From an uncultured archaeon (GTDB taxonomy: Archaea; Halobacteriota; Archaeoglobi; Archaeoglobales; Archaeoglobaceae): a stretch of DNA of 64,000 bases. A model generated the notes under the pieces. The model searched no databases and was not told the origin of the DNA. It saw only the letters and a list, made by a program, of their open reading frames with translations. Of this stretch, positions 29,597-38,057 are shown in pieces (within the stretch, counting starts at the first letter, position 1; every line of letters starts with the position of its first letter). The stretch spans positions 3,394 to 67,393 of the forward strand of contig CAZFVO010000001.1 in the NCBI GenBank assembly GCA_964522325.1, read 5' to 3'. The translations under genes were made by a program, and so were the position numbers.

Positions 29597-29986
29597 TTAT
29601 TCAATCTCCGAAGCTTTCAAGACATCCATTAGAGTGATAATCCCTTTAATTTCACCACATTCTACAACTGCCAATCTTGCTAAGTTTAAGTTAGTCATAA
29701 GTTTCGCTGCAGTTTTAACGCTTTCATTTGAATTTACACATACAATAGGCTTTGTGGCTATATCTCCTACCTTAACCTCGCTAGGTTTCAAATCCTTAGC
29801 TATAACCTTGTAAACTATGTCCCTTACAGTTATTACACCGTAGCAGTCATCCTCATCTTTAGGTTCAACTATGAGGGATCTAATTCCCTTTTTAAGTATG
29901 ATTTCTATGGCTGTTTTAACACTCTCTTCAGGCTTTATCGTAACTACATCCCTCCAAATCAAATCTTTCACCTTCAAACGCATCAC
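29597..29986 (-). CDS. CBS-domain pair protein
   Basis: Two CBS repeats (...V.TI.PE.SV..A.EI....IRSL.V....; ...V.V..NESV..AAKLM....L.RL.VV). Confidence 0.8.
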   Translation of the reverse strand: MMRLKVKDLIWRDVVTIKPEESVKTAIEIILKKGIRSLIVEPKDEDDCYGVITVRDIVYKVIAKDLKPSEVKVGDIATKPIVCVNSNESVKTAAKLMTNLNLARLAVVECGEIKGIITLMDVLKASEIE

Positions 29987-30609
29987 CCCAGCATGTACTC
30001 AAACATTTTAGCAGAATTGTGTATATTTTCAACTATCCTGTATAGGTAAGATTCCACTTCCTTTAAAAATATAAAAAGCTCAGTACTACAACCTACTAAG
30101 GATTTGACAAAATTCGCATGCTCACGTTCAAACTCCTCCTTAAGTTCAGTTATCTTTTTTACAACATTGCGAACATTCTCTATCTCCGACTTTGCAAAAG
30201 CCTTGGCCAAGATACTTTCCAAAACGCTGAAGAGTTCATCGTATTTTTGCACAATCTTAGGGACAATTTGAAGGATTTGTTTGAGTATTGTAATTTCAAC
30301 ATTCTTGATGTAAAGCAGGGTAACAAGATCCTCACATGTGTTGATGATGTTATCTTGCAGAGTTATCAAATTCAAAAGCTTGTACTTGTCTACAGGTATC
30401 ATCACGTCTGAAACGTTCTTCATGATTATATCCTTAAGCTTGTCAGCATCTCTCTCAATCTCTTTAACCTTATCAATGATCTTTGGATCTCGACTTTCGA
30501 AGAATTCCATCATAAGCTTCACAGCTTCTATGCACAGTTTCTCATGTTTCTTTAGATCTTCGAATGGAGAATATCCAAACACATCATAAACACTTCTGAA
30601 GAACCTCAT
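29983..30609 (-). CDS. DUF47 / PhoU-like putative phosphate-transport regulator family protein
   Basis: All-helical, about 205 aa, with an N-terminal F....SPFE.L..H motif typical of the TIGR00153/DUF47 family (from memory). Confidence 0.6.
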   Translation of the reverse strand: MRFFRSVYDVFGYSPFEDLKKHEKLCIEAVKLMMEFFESRDPKIIDKVKEIERDADKLKDIIMKNVSDVMIPVDKYKLLNLITLQDNIINTCEDLVTLLYIKNVEITILKQILQIVPKIVQKYDELFSVLESILAKAFAKSEIENVRNVVKKITELKEEFEREHANFVKSLVGCSTELFIFLKEVESYLYRIVENIHNSAKMFEYMLG

Positions 30610-31454
30610 AGATACTTCTCCAAGAGCAAACCAAGTTTTCTCCTAATCTGTGGTGTTATGTACTCCTTTTGGGTAGTTATGGCGAATTTTAAGGCATCTT
30701 TGCATGGACAACTTCTCTCCTCTGGTATTCTCGGAATTAACTTTTTCAGTATGTTTCTCACTCTTTCCTCATTCTTAGCCATGTTTTCAAGGACAGTTGC
30801 TACGTCAACCTCCTGCTCCTTCCAAACATCGTAGTCTGTGACAGTTGCAATCGTTAGATAGCAGATCTCTGCTTCCCTTGCAAGTTTGGCTTCTGGTAGG
30901 GCTGTCATACCTATTATATCAAATCCCGAAGCCCTATGAACTGCTGATTCCGCTTTTGTTGAAAACTGTGGACCTTCAATGCAGACATAAGTACCTTTTT
31001 CATGAAACTCATAACCCAAATCCTTTAGAGTATCTATAGCTAAACTTCTCAATTCTGGACAGAACGGTTCAGCAAATCCCACATGTACAACTACGTCCTC
31101 AAAAAACGTATTGGGCCTGAACTTTGTCTTGTCATAGAGTTGATCGGGTATAACAATATCCAATGGCTTTATCTCTTCCTTTAATGATCCTACTGCACAC
31201 ACACTTATTATCCTCTCAACCCCAAGCTTCTTCAAGGCGTATATATTTGCTCTGTACGGAACGTTTGTTGGAGAATAGATGTGTCCTCTTCCATGCCTTG
31301 GCAGGAATGCAACCTTGACACCTTCAAGATCTCCGATAAAAATGGAGTCTGATGGTTTTCCAAAAGGGGTATCAATATCCACTTCTTTGACATTCTCAAG
31401 TCCTAAACCTTTGTAAATTCCAGTGCCCCCAATGATTGCTATCTTCACATTCAT
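30606..31454 (-). CDS. mtnP: S-methyl-5'-thioadenosine phosphorylase
   Basis: IAIIGGTG.Y, FLPRHG.GH...P..V.YRANI.ALK.LGV, GPQFST.AES, MT..PEA.LAREAE.CY. Confidence 0.85.
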   Translation of the reverse strand: MNVKIAIIGGTGIYKGLGLENVKEVDIDTPFGKPSDSIFIGDLEGVKVAFLPRHGRGHIYSPTNVPYRANIYALKKLGVERIISVCAVGSLKEEIKPLDIVIPDQLYDKTKFRPNTFFEDVVVHVGFAEPFCPELRSLAIDTLKDLGYEFHEKGTYVCIEGPQFSTKAESAVHRASGFDIIGMTALPEAKLAREAEICYLTIATVTDYDVWKEQEVDVATVLENMAKNEERVRNILKKLIPRIPEERSCPCKDALKFAITTQKEYITPQIRRKLGLLLEKYL

Positions 31455-31493
31455 AACTACATCAGCGAAAATCATGGTAAAAACGTTTTCGAT

Positions 31494-32150
31494 TCACTTC
31501 AGCTTGTAGAACTTCTCTCCATCAACTTCAACGGTCTCAATTTCACCCTTCATCTCCATAACCTTCAAAACACTCTCGAACTTTCTTGGATTTGTTATCT
31601 CGAGGTATATGGGATCTATCTTGAAGTGCTTGTAAATAGCGGACTTGATTTCCCACAATGTCCACAACTCCTTCTCTCTCATCACAGCTCTTATTAAACT
31701 AGAAAGATCTTCAACTATATTCCATGGAAATATAACCCACGAAAAACCTTCCAAATACTCTCCAAAGTAGTTTGGTACAAACTTTGAGGTTGATACAAGC
31801 AAAAGACAAGCAGTTTTAACATTTTTGGCACTCTTTCCAACTATCTCCTTTGCCTTCGTCATGCTTGCTCCCGTATTTATTAAGTCGTCTACTATGAGCA
31901 CGTTTTCCCTGTACTCCAAGCTAACATCGTGCACCTTAAGTTCCCTTCTGTCGTAGCCGACGTAATGCTTTATCCCAAGAGTTACGAGATCTTCTAGACC
32001 CATTATATCACAGAGGAGCGTACCTACAAACCATCCTCCCCTCGCCAAGGCAACTATAGTATCTGGCTCGAATCCATCCTCAATTATCTGTTCAGCAACT
32101 TTCCTGCACAGGCTGTCTAAATACTCCCAATTCGTTATCACACACCTCAT
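31494..32150 (-). CDS. Phosphoribosyltransferase-domain protein with a C-terminal extra (winged-helix-like) domain
   Basis: PRPP-binding loop VLIVDDLINTGAS and ALARGG. Substrate not assignable. Confidence 0.7.
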   Translation of the reverse strand: MRCVITNWEYLDSLCRKVAEQIIEDGFEPDTIVALARGGWFVGTLLCDIMGLEDLVTLGIKHYVGYDRRELKVHDVSLEYRENVLIVDDLINTGASMTKAKEIVGKSAKNVKTACLLLVSTSKFVPNYFGEYLEGFSWVIFPWNIVEDLSSLIRAVMREKELWTLWEIKSAIYKHFKIDPIYLEITNPRKFESVLKVMEMKGEIETVEVDGEKFYKLK

Positions 32151-32782
32151 AACTTAACAACCCTCCTTATGTATTTAGGTGGGATTTCCTTGGCTAAAGC
32201 TATAAATTCGTTAGCCTTTATTATCCTTATTCCATCCTCTCTAGCCTTCTTGGCATCTATCTCAAGTATTATAGGGTCATCTGTTCTCAACATGGCAACT
32301 TCTAAGCTCTTTTCGAGGGTGGTTGAGAGATGTACAAAAGTTTGATTAACAGGTTTTATCCCAATTTCAAGCAATCTTTGAGCTTCTTCCTCACTAGTTC
32401 CATAGTATAAAACGTCTTCCTCAGCTATGGGATAGTCATTCAGTTCAACTTTTACGCTATGTCCATATCTTGCTCTAATCTTTCTATTCTTTATCTCATA
32501 TCTCCCCTTACTATCGGAATAAACTAGAGCCTTTATCAACCACCTGTTTGCCCACTTAAACTTCCTCTTTGCAACCCTAACAAGCTGTTCAAATTCTACC
32601 CATCCGTTCTCATCCATCTCCAAGCCAAACCTATCTGGAAAATGCCTCAGCACTCCTGAGATAAATCTCCCAAGCTTTTCTACTTTCTCTTTATCCAATA
32701 TTATCTCACCCTTATAGCCACATGAGCAGAACTCTCCCCTGTAGAATCCATGCTCTGGACAGAACCTTATCTCTTCCATCTC
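32147..32782 (-). CDS. kptA: RNA 2'-phosphotransferase (Tpt1/KptA) with an N-terminal Cys/His knuckle
   Basis: SG.LRH.P..FGL..D..GWV....L, RYEI......IRA.YGHSV, HLS. Start taken at MEEIRFCPEHG. Confidence 0.8.
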   Translation of the reverse strand, partial: EMEEIRFCPEHGFYRGEFCSCGYKGEIILDKEKVEKLGRFISGVLRHFPDRFGLEMDENGWVEFEQLVRVAKRKFKWANRWLIKALVYSDSKGRYEIKNRKIRARYGHSVKVELNDYPIAEEDVLYYGTSEEEAQRLLEIGIKPVNQTFVHLSTTLEKSLEVAMLRTDDPIILEIDAKKAREDGIRIIKANEFIALAKEIPPKYIRRVVKL

Positions 32783-33339
32783 ATCACCCTTGCAAAGTGA
32801 ATCATCGTAGCTATCACACCCATAGCCGTACAAGTTTCCAAGCTTACACCTTTCCCAGTAGCTTCGAAATGATATTTGGCTTTCTCCATTAAATCTTTCG
32901 GCAAACCTCTTCTACCCAATCCTATTAAAAATGTTGTGGATCGTTCTCTTATAACTCTTGCCATTTCTTCAAAGCTTAAAGCCTTCTTCTCATCTGGTTC
33001 CGGTGTAGTTGCAATTAGCTCACCAAAGTGTGCTGGGAAACTGTCGATCAAATGAATTCTGTTTCTCTCAAGCATGCTGTAAGCGTACTCTGGTTCACCA
33101 ATGGTCGTGTATTCAACAACATCTTTAACAAGGTCTTTAGCACTCTTCCAAAATCTGAACTCATATAGAGCCAAGTGAAAATCAAATGCGTAACAGAGTG
33201 GAATTGCTCTTGCGATACTTCTGAGATGAATTTCATGAAGTTTCAGCTTATCGTACGTATTGACAAGGCAGAACACTATCACACCATCAGTTTTGAGAAC
33301 AGTTAAAAATCGATTTCTCTTGCAACCTTTGATGGACAT
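32767..33339 (-). CDS. SPOUT-superfamily methyltransferase-like protein (DUF531-like). Start uncertain.
   Basis: C-terminal knot-like FLIGLGRRGLP.....K..H.E.T.KGVSLETCTAMGVIA. Family call is tentative. Confidence 0.5.
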   Translation of the reverse strand: MSIKGCKRNRFLTVLKTDGVIVFCLVNTYDKLKLHEIHLRSIARAIPLCYAFDFHLALYEFRFWKSAKDLVKDVVEYTTIGEPEYAYSMLERNRIHLIDSFPAHFGELIATTPEPDEKKALSFEEMARVIRERSTTFLIGLGRRGLPKDLMEKAKYHFEATGKGVSLETCTAMGVIATMIHFARVMRWKR

Positions 33340-33904
33340 AATAGTGGTTGGTGTCGGTGGACAAGGCATTCTAACGTGTTCAAATATACTGGCTAAGGCA
33401 AGTATGAATGCTGGATTGAATGTGATAACATGTGAAGTACATGGGATGGCTCAAAGAGGGGGTAGTGTTGAAGTCCATGTTAGAATAGGTGACATCTATT
33501 CACCTCTAATTCCAATAGGCTCAGCGGACGTCATGATTGCTTTAGAACCTGTTGAGGCATTGAGAAAGGCGGAATTTTTAAATGAGGACACCTTGGTTTT
33601 AATGAACACGAAGCCAATAATTCCAATAAGTGTAACACTCGGAATTGCAAGCTATCCCGACGTTGGAAATGTTGTTGAAGTAATTAAAAGCTTGAGTAAG
33701 AGAGTAATCCATTTCGATGCTGTAAAGGTTGCGGAGGAGGCTGGAGATGTTAGAAGTATGAATGTTGTCATGCTTGGTGCCTTAGTCAAGCATACGGACA
33801 TGTTTAGCTTGGAGGATCTTGAGAGGGCGATTAAGGAGGTTCTGCCAGAGAAGTTGCATGATGTGAATATAAGAGCGTTGAGATTGGGCTATGATCTTGC
33901 GTAA
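33332..33904 (+). CDS. iorB: Indolepyruvate/2-oxoacid:ferredoxin oxidoreductase beta/gamma-type subunit (IorB-like), with no adjacent alpha subunit
   Basis: MDIIVVGVGGQGILT....LA.A....G..V...E.HGMAQRGGSV..HVRIG. Start taken at the internal Met. Confidence 0.8.
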   Translation: MDIIVVGVGGQGILTCSNILAKASMNAGLNVITCEVHGMAQRGGSVEVHVRIGDIYSPLIPIGSADVMIALEPVEALRKAEFLNEDTLVLMNTKPIIPISVTLGIASYPDVGNVVEVIKSLSKRVIHFDAVKVAEEAGDVRSMNVVMLGALVKHTDMFSLEDLERAIKEVLPEKLHDVNIRALRLGYDLA

Positions 33905-33913
33905 AGTTTATAC
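33903..33913 (+). promoter_or_regulatory. BRE/TATA-like element (AAAGTTTATAC) about 29 nt upstream of tRNA-Val
   Basis: AT-rich box at the canonical archaeal distance from the mature tRNA 5' end. Confidence 0.4.
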
Positions 33914-33937
33914 GTCTAATGTTTAAATCCCTATCAA

Positions 33938-34010
33938 GGGCTCGTGGTCTAGGGGTTATGACGTCGCCCTGACGAGGCGAAGGTCCCCGGTTCGAATCCG
34001 GGCGAGCCCA
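33938..34010 (+). tRNA. tRNA-Val (anticodon GAC)
   Basis: Acceptor GGGCUCG/CGAGCCC, anticodon loop CUGACGA, T-loop UUCGAAU. Confidence 0.95.
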
Positions 34011-34108
34011 CTTTAATTTTCTAAAACTTCTATTCAGCTTTTAGCCAACACATGTTAGGACACTTCGAGCAAAAACACTTCTCCTAGCACCTGTTCCAAC
34101 ATACAACC

Positions 34109-34822
34109 TTACTTGTACGCATTTGAGCAACATGCGGATCTGTAAACAATTAGACCAAGTTCCTTCCTGGCATACCTTTCAAGTATTCCTTTTCTCTCAT
34201 AGTAATCCCTTGGTAAAGTACTTATGTCAAGTTTCCTCTTCACAACGTTTGTCAGCCTAAGGTTACCTAAGATAACTCTATCCGTATATTCTGTTATCCT
34301 CTCCAATCCTTTCTTATAAGTTTCAATATCTATCATCGGCAAAATCGGTCTGAGAAAGATTGCACCCCCTACTTCCCTACAGAACTCGAGTCTCTTCGAG
34401 GGTAATGGTCTTTTCGGTTCAAACCTTCTACAGATCTCATCGAATGGAATGCACATCGATATGAGGTAATCAACCCTTTTCAGTAGTGGGATTAGATTGT
34501 AGTTGACTTCTTTCGTTGAAATTTGAATGGAATTACCGAGCTTTAAAAGTTCTCTTATGAGTTCAGATGTGTAATTGGGATAATCTAGAGGCTCACATAT
34601 TGCCCCTATCGCTATGAAGCTTCTTTCAACCTCAAAGTTTGGATTTAGAAGTAGTGCGTAAACTAAGGCTTTTGGTGAAAGTTCGTTCCTTTTAGGTTTT
34701 GAAGTTACGTAACGGTAGAGGCATCCTCCTTTACAGCCTTTTGCAACGTGAATTGTAAAGCCACATAGTCTTGGCTTTCTCCTCGAATGGTCATCTCTTC
34801 TAGCTTTTTTTAATCTCCTCAA
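34109..34822 (-). CDS. Radical-SAM-like (SplB/COG1533-like) protein with a degenerate cluster motif CxxxCxxR
   Basis: HVAKGCKGGCLYRYV, where the family normally has CxxxCxYCY. TIM-barrel-like remainder. Confidence 0.5.
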   Translation of the reverse strand: MRRLKKARRDDHSRRKPRLCGFTIHVAKGCKGGCLYRYVTSKPKRNELSPKALVYALLLNPNFEVERSFIAIGAICEPLDYPNYTSELIRELLKLGNSIQISTKEVNYNLIPLLKRVDYLISMCIPFDEICRRFEPKRPLPSKRLEFCREVGGAIFLRPILPMIDIETYKKGLERITEYTDRVILGNLRLTNVVKRKLDISTLPRDYYERKGILERYARKELGLIVYRSACCSNAYK

Positions 34823-34888
34823 CGCTCAGTATGTTCTCATAGTATTCTATCAACCTACCCTTGTCCACATGCACATTTGAAAAAAACG

Positions 34889-34898
34889 ATTTATAAAG
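34889..34898 (+). promoter_or_regulatory. TATA-box-like element (ATTTATAAAG) about 24 nt upstream of the guaA-B ATG, implying a leaderless mRNA
   Basis: A purine-rich BRE-like run (GAAAAAAACG) directly precedes it. Confidence 0.4.
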
Positions 34899-34916
34899 TG
34901 ATAATCAAGGCATCCT

Positions 34917-35831
34917 ATGGTTAACGTTGAAGAATTTGTTGAGAAGGCTATTAAAGAAATCAGAGAAAAAGTTGGAGATGGTAAAGCGATAATAGCCTTA
35001 TCTGGTGGTGTAGATAGTTCCGTTTGTGCTGTTCTTGCTCACAAAGCCATAGGAGATAGATTGATTCCAGTCTTTGTCGATACTGGTTTAATGAGGGAAG
35101 GAGAGCCAGAAAGAATAAAGAAGACATTTGGACATATGGGTTTGGTTTTTGTAGATGCAAAAGATGAATTCTTTAAGGCTTTGAAGGGAGTTACAGATCC
35201 TGAAGAAAAGAGGAAGGTTATAGGTGAGCTATTTGTAAGGATATTTGAGAGGGTTGCTGAGGAGCATAAAGCCGAATACCTCATTCAGGGAACGATTTAT
35301 CCAGATGTAATAGAGAGTGTTGGTGGAATAAAAAGCCATCATAACGTTGGTGGATTTCCAACGAGATATAAGTTTAAGGGTGTCATAGAGCCTCTAAGGG
35401 AACTTTATAAAGATGAGGTTAGAGAGATTGCAAGGTATTTGGGTTTGCCAAAGGAAATCTGCGAGAGAATGCCTTTTCCTGGGCCAGGATTGGCCGTTAG
35501 GATAGTGGGAGAGGTAACTCCAGAGAAGGTTGAAATAGTTAGGAAGGCTACCAAAATTGTAGAAGAGGAGCTTGAGGATTACGAGAAGTGGCAAGCGTTT
35601 GCAGCGCTAATAGGAAAAGCTACGGGTGTAAAGGGAGACATAAGAGTCTACGGATACATAATAGCTATAAGGGCAGTTACTTCAAGAGATGGAATGACTG
35701 CAGATGTCTTACCAGTGGACCACGAAAAACTTAGAAGAATAGCTTTGAGAATAACAAGCGAAATTCCCGAAGTTACTAGAGTTGTGTACGATCTAACACC
35801 CAAACCTCCAGCAACCATAGAGTTTGAGTAA
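34917..35831 (+). CDS. guaAB: GMP synthase subunit B (ATP pyrophosphatase domain)
   Basis: PP-loop SGGVDSSV, plus the C-terminal dimerisation domain ending ...PPATIEFE. Confidence 0.95.
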   Translation: MVNVEEFVEKAIKEIREKVGDGKAIIALSGGVDSSVCAVLAHKAIGDRLIPVFVDTGLMREGEPERIKKTFGHMGLVFVDAKDEFFKALKGVTDPEEKRKVIGELFVRIFERVAEEHKAEYLIQGTIYPDVIESVGGIKSHHNVGGFPTRYKFKGVIEPLRELYKDEVREIARYLGLPKEICERMPFPGPGLAVRIVGEVTPEKVEIVRKATKIVEEELEDYEKWQAFAALIGKATGVKGDIRVYGYIIAIRAVTSRDGMTADVLPVDHEKLRRIALRITSEIPEVTRVVYDLTPKPPATIEFE

Positions 35832-36139
35832 GGTGTAAATTTGGCGTGGTCGTGGGTGGTCACCCATATCGGAGTACTTCACTTTGAATAGCTCAGTGGT
35901 CATTTCTCTTAGTGTCTCATTAATCGACACTTTATTGGAAGCTACATCTACTGTGACCACGAACATCGTCTTACAATTGCATTCGTGCATGTTAGCTAAA
36001 AAGCATCCACATAGGTTGACATATATAAAAAATCTTAAAATTCTTAAATTTTTCATTAATTATATCTACAGCATCTTCTAACCTTATGGAGTGATATTTA
36101 TGCTCTGTGGTGGATGATGTAGGTTTACAGAAATGTTGC

Positions 36140-36420
36140 TTGCGAAACCTCAAAGCGGGGATACGCGAGGGGGTGGCGGAAGAGGGATGTTGGCGGTAGT
36201 TTTAAATATTAGAATTTCTACAAGAAGATGGAAATTTTCCGATGACTTGGCAAGGGGAAAGAGACGAGTTGTGCTTAGCCCATTGGATAACGAGTCCGGT
36301 GGGATTGGATTTCGGTGTGCAAGCCCTTAACTCCCGTATGAAGTCCTGCCGTGAAGGCAGGTGAAACGGGATCCGCACTTCAGTGCGGAGTGGTTCACGC
36401 CCATGATCGTTTGGACATTT
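36140..36420 (+). ncRNA. Candidate structured non-coding RNA with a K-turn-like element. Identity and exact ends unresolved.
   Basis: Markedly more G+C-rich than the flanking spacer. Stable hairpins: CCCAUUGG-9nt-CCGGUGGG (36279..36303), CCCGU/AUGAAGU/CCUGCC-GUGAA-GGCAGG/UGAA/ACGGG (36333..36370, a C/D-like K-turn) and CCGCAC-UUCA-GUGCGG (36373..36388). No credible ORF on either strand. Confidence 0.35.
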
Positions 36421-36535
36421 CTCTCACCTCTGAAATTTGAAAGTAGAGTGGTCAATGTCATTTTTAGCCATTTTTGCATATTCTTAAGGGCTGTTTTCTT
36501 ATAACGTGCTTAATGGAGAGAGCGTGTGCAAACTA

Positions 36536-37063
36536 TCATGGTTTTCGCAAGGATATTAAATCAAAATTCAACCTCTTTAGGCAATCTTCACAGAACCACC
36601 AATTCTTCATGTCCACTTCGAGTATCGAATTCGAGAATCTCATGACACACTTTCCCTTACAGTGTTTTAAACCTAAGACGTGTCCAATTTCATGAATAGC
36701 CTCCTTCAACGCTCTGATACGTAAAAGTTCATCATCTTCTGGTAACCCATAGAATTCCTGCCTAAGTCTCTTAAGAGATATTATTGCCCTTTTACCAAAA
36801 AGCTCTGCCTCACCAAAAACGAAGTTCAAGTTTTCTGCATACAAATCAACTTCCGTAACTCCCAACACGACATCACAGACTTCTGGTAAAATACGCAAAA
36901 TCATTGACGAGTTAAACTGTCCTCTAACGGGATTGTACGCATCTTTTGGAATATCCATTGGTCTTAATATCGTGCAATTGCCAAATATCTCACTCAAACG
37001 CTCTCTAAGAAACTTAAGAACGTTTTTATCAACCTCACCCACTGGCTGAATGCATATCTTCAT
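36536..37063 (-). CDS. amzA: Archaemetzincin (zinc metalloprotease)
   Basis: HEIGHVLGLKHC....C.M.......(17)...C..C, matching the archaemetzincin signature HExxHxxGx3Cx4CxMx17CxxC. Confidence 0.9.
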   Translation of the reverse strand: MKICIQPVGEVDKNVLKFLRERLSEIFGNCTILRPMDIPKDAYNPVRGQFNSSMILRILPEVCDVVLGVTEVDLYAENLNFVFGEAELFGKRAIISLKRLRQEFYGLPEDDELLRIRALKEAIHEIGHVLGLKHCKGKCVMRFSNSILEVDMKNWWFCEDCLKRLNFDLISLRKP

Positions 37064-37811
37064 GCTTACCCCTTAAAATCATTTTTATGATTATTAAACT
37101 TACTTCGAAGAATATTATCATTGGAACAGCCACCATAAGCTGTGTGAAAACATCTGGTGGTGTTATTATTGCCCCTATCAGGAAGAAGGCAACATAAAAG
37201 TACCTCCTATAGTATGTCAATGTCGAGTACTTTACCACTCCATTGCTGACAAGTATGTACATCATGAGAGGGAGTTCAAACACAAATCCGAATACTACGA
37301 GCATCAAAACGACGAATGATATGAACTCAGCGATTGAGTAATACGCTAAAGCACCCTGTTGCACAGCTAAGGAGTACAAAAATTTTAAAAAGAAAGGTAG
37401 CATTAATTTATAACCGTAAGCAACTCCAAAACAGAAGAGTAGAAGTGCTATGATGGCATAGTAAATAGCTTTTGACTTTGAGAAGTTGAGGTTGTTCAAA
37501 AGATCTGTTCGATTTTTCAGCGTCTCGTATATTACCTTTACTATGTAAGGTAAGGCTACTGCTATACCTAAGTAAAGAGATATTCTGAGTTTAAGAATTA
37601 AGGGCTCCAAAGGATACTGGTAAACTATATGTGCTCCTTCAGGGAGCAAATCAACTTTTATTTTCTCAATTAATTCATCAGTTATGAATGTAAATGAAAC
37701 AGCCCATACACCTGCAATTATCGCCACTATTCTAACAAGCTTTCTCCTCAAGCCCAACAAAACTTCGGCAATCTCTCTTGCTGTAAGATCTGACATTACA
37801 GAATGTAGCAA
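37035..37811 (-). CDS. tatC: Sec-independent (twin-arginine) translocase subunit TatC
   Basis: Six-TM profile, family length, ...TPPD..TQ... motif. Confidence 0.85.
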   Translation of the reverse strand: MLHSVMSDLTAREIAEVLLGLRRKLVRIVAIIAGVWAVSFTFITDELIEKIKVDLLPEGAHIVYQYPLEPLILKLRISLYLGIAVALPYIVKVIYETLKNRTDLLNNLNFSKSKAIYYAIIALLLFCFGVAYGYKLMLPFFLKFLYSLAVQQGALAYYSIAEFISFVVLMLVVFGFVFELPLMMYILVSNGVVKYSTLTYYRRYFYVAFFLIGAIITPPDVFTQLMVAVPMIIFFEVSLIIIKMILRGKHEDMHSASG

Positions 37812-37876
37812 ACCTCTTAGTATTTAAGCTTTTGATACGCAAAAGTCTTAAATTCAACAACATTTCATAGCTAATA

Positions 37877-37950
37877 GCCGCCGTGGCTTAGCCTGGTAGA
37901 GCGGGTGACTTGTAATCACCAGGTCCCGGGTTCAAATCCCGGCGGCGGCT
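37877..37950 (+). tRNA. tRNA-Thr (anticodon UGU)
   Basis: Identical to the tRNA at 19697..19770 except at two anticodon-loop positions (loop CUUGUAA). Confidence 0.95.
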
Positions 37951-38057
37951 CTCTTGCACTTTTAACTGTCCTTGAATTGTATAAGTTGGTGTTAACTTAA
38001 TTTGGAAACTGTTATATATGGTTAATACATCATCGGTACGATCATGGAGGGATAACT

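Noticed and set aside
35793-36056. 87-aa minus-strand ORF overlapping the 3' end of guaA-B
   Set aside because: Its C-terminal part is antisense to the conserved guaA-B end. The Cys/Phe-rich start lies in AT-rich spacer. No motif.
36133-36330. 65-aa ORF (MLLAKPQSGDTRGGGGRGML...) inside the GC-rich segment
   Set aside because: Gly/Arg-rich nonsense translation with no ribosome-binding site. The region is better explained by RNA secondary structure.
36128-36445. Assignment of the GC-rich segment as RNase P RNA
   Set aside because: An ACAGAAA-like element (36128) and a GAAAGU-like element (36432) exist, but they occur in the wrong order relative to the GGUGAAAC/P12-like part. I could not build a P4 pairing. 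The segment is therefore kept only as an unresolved ncRNA candidate.
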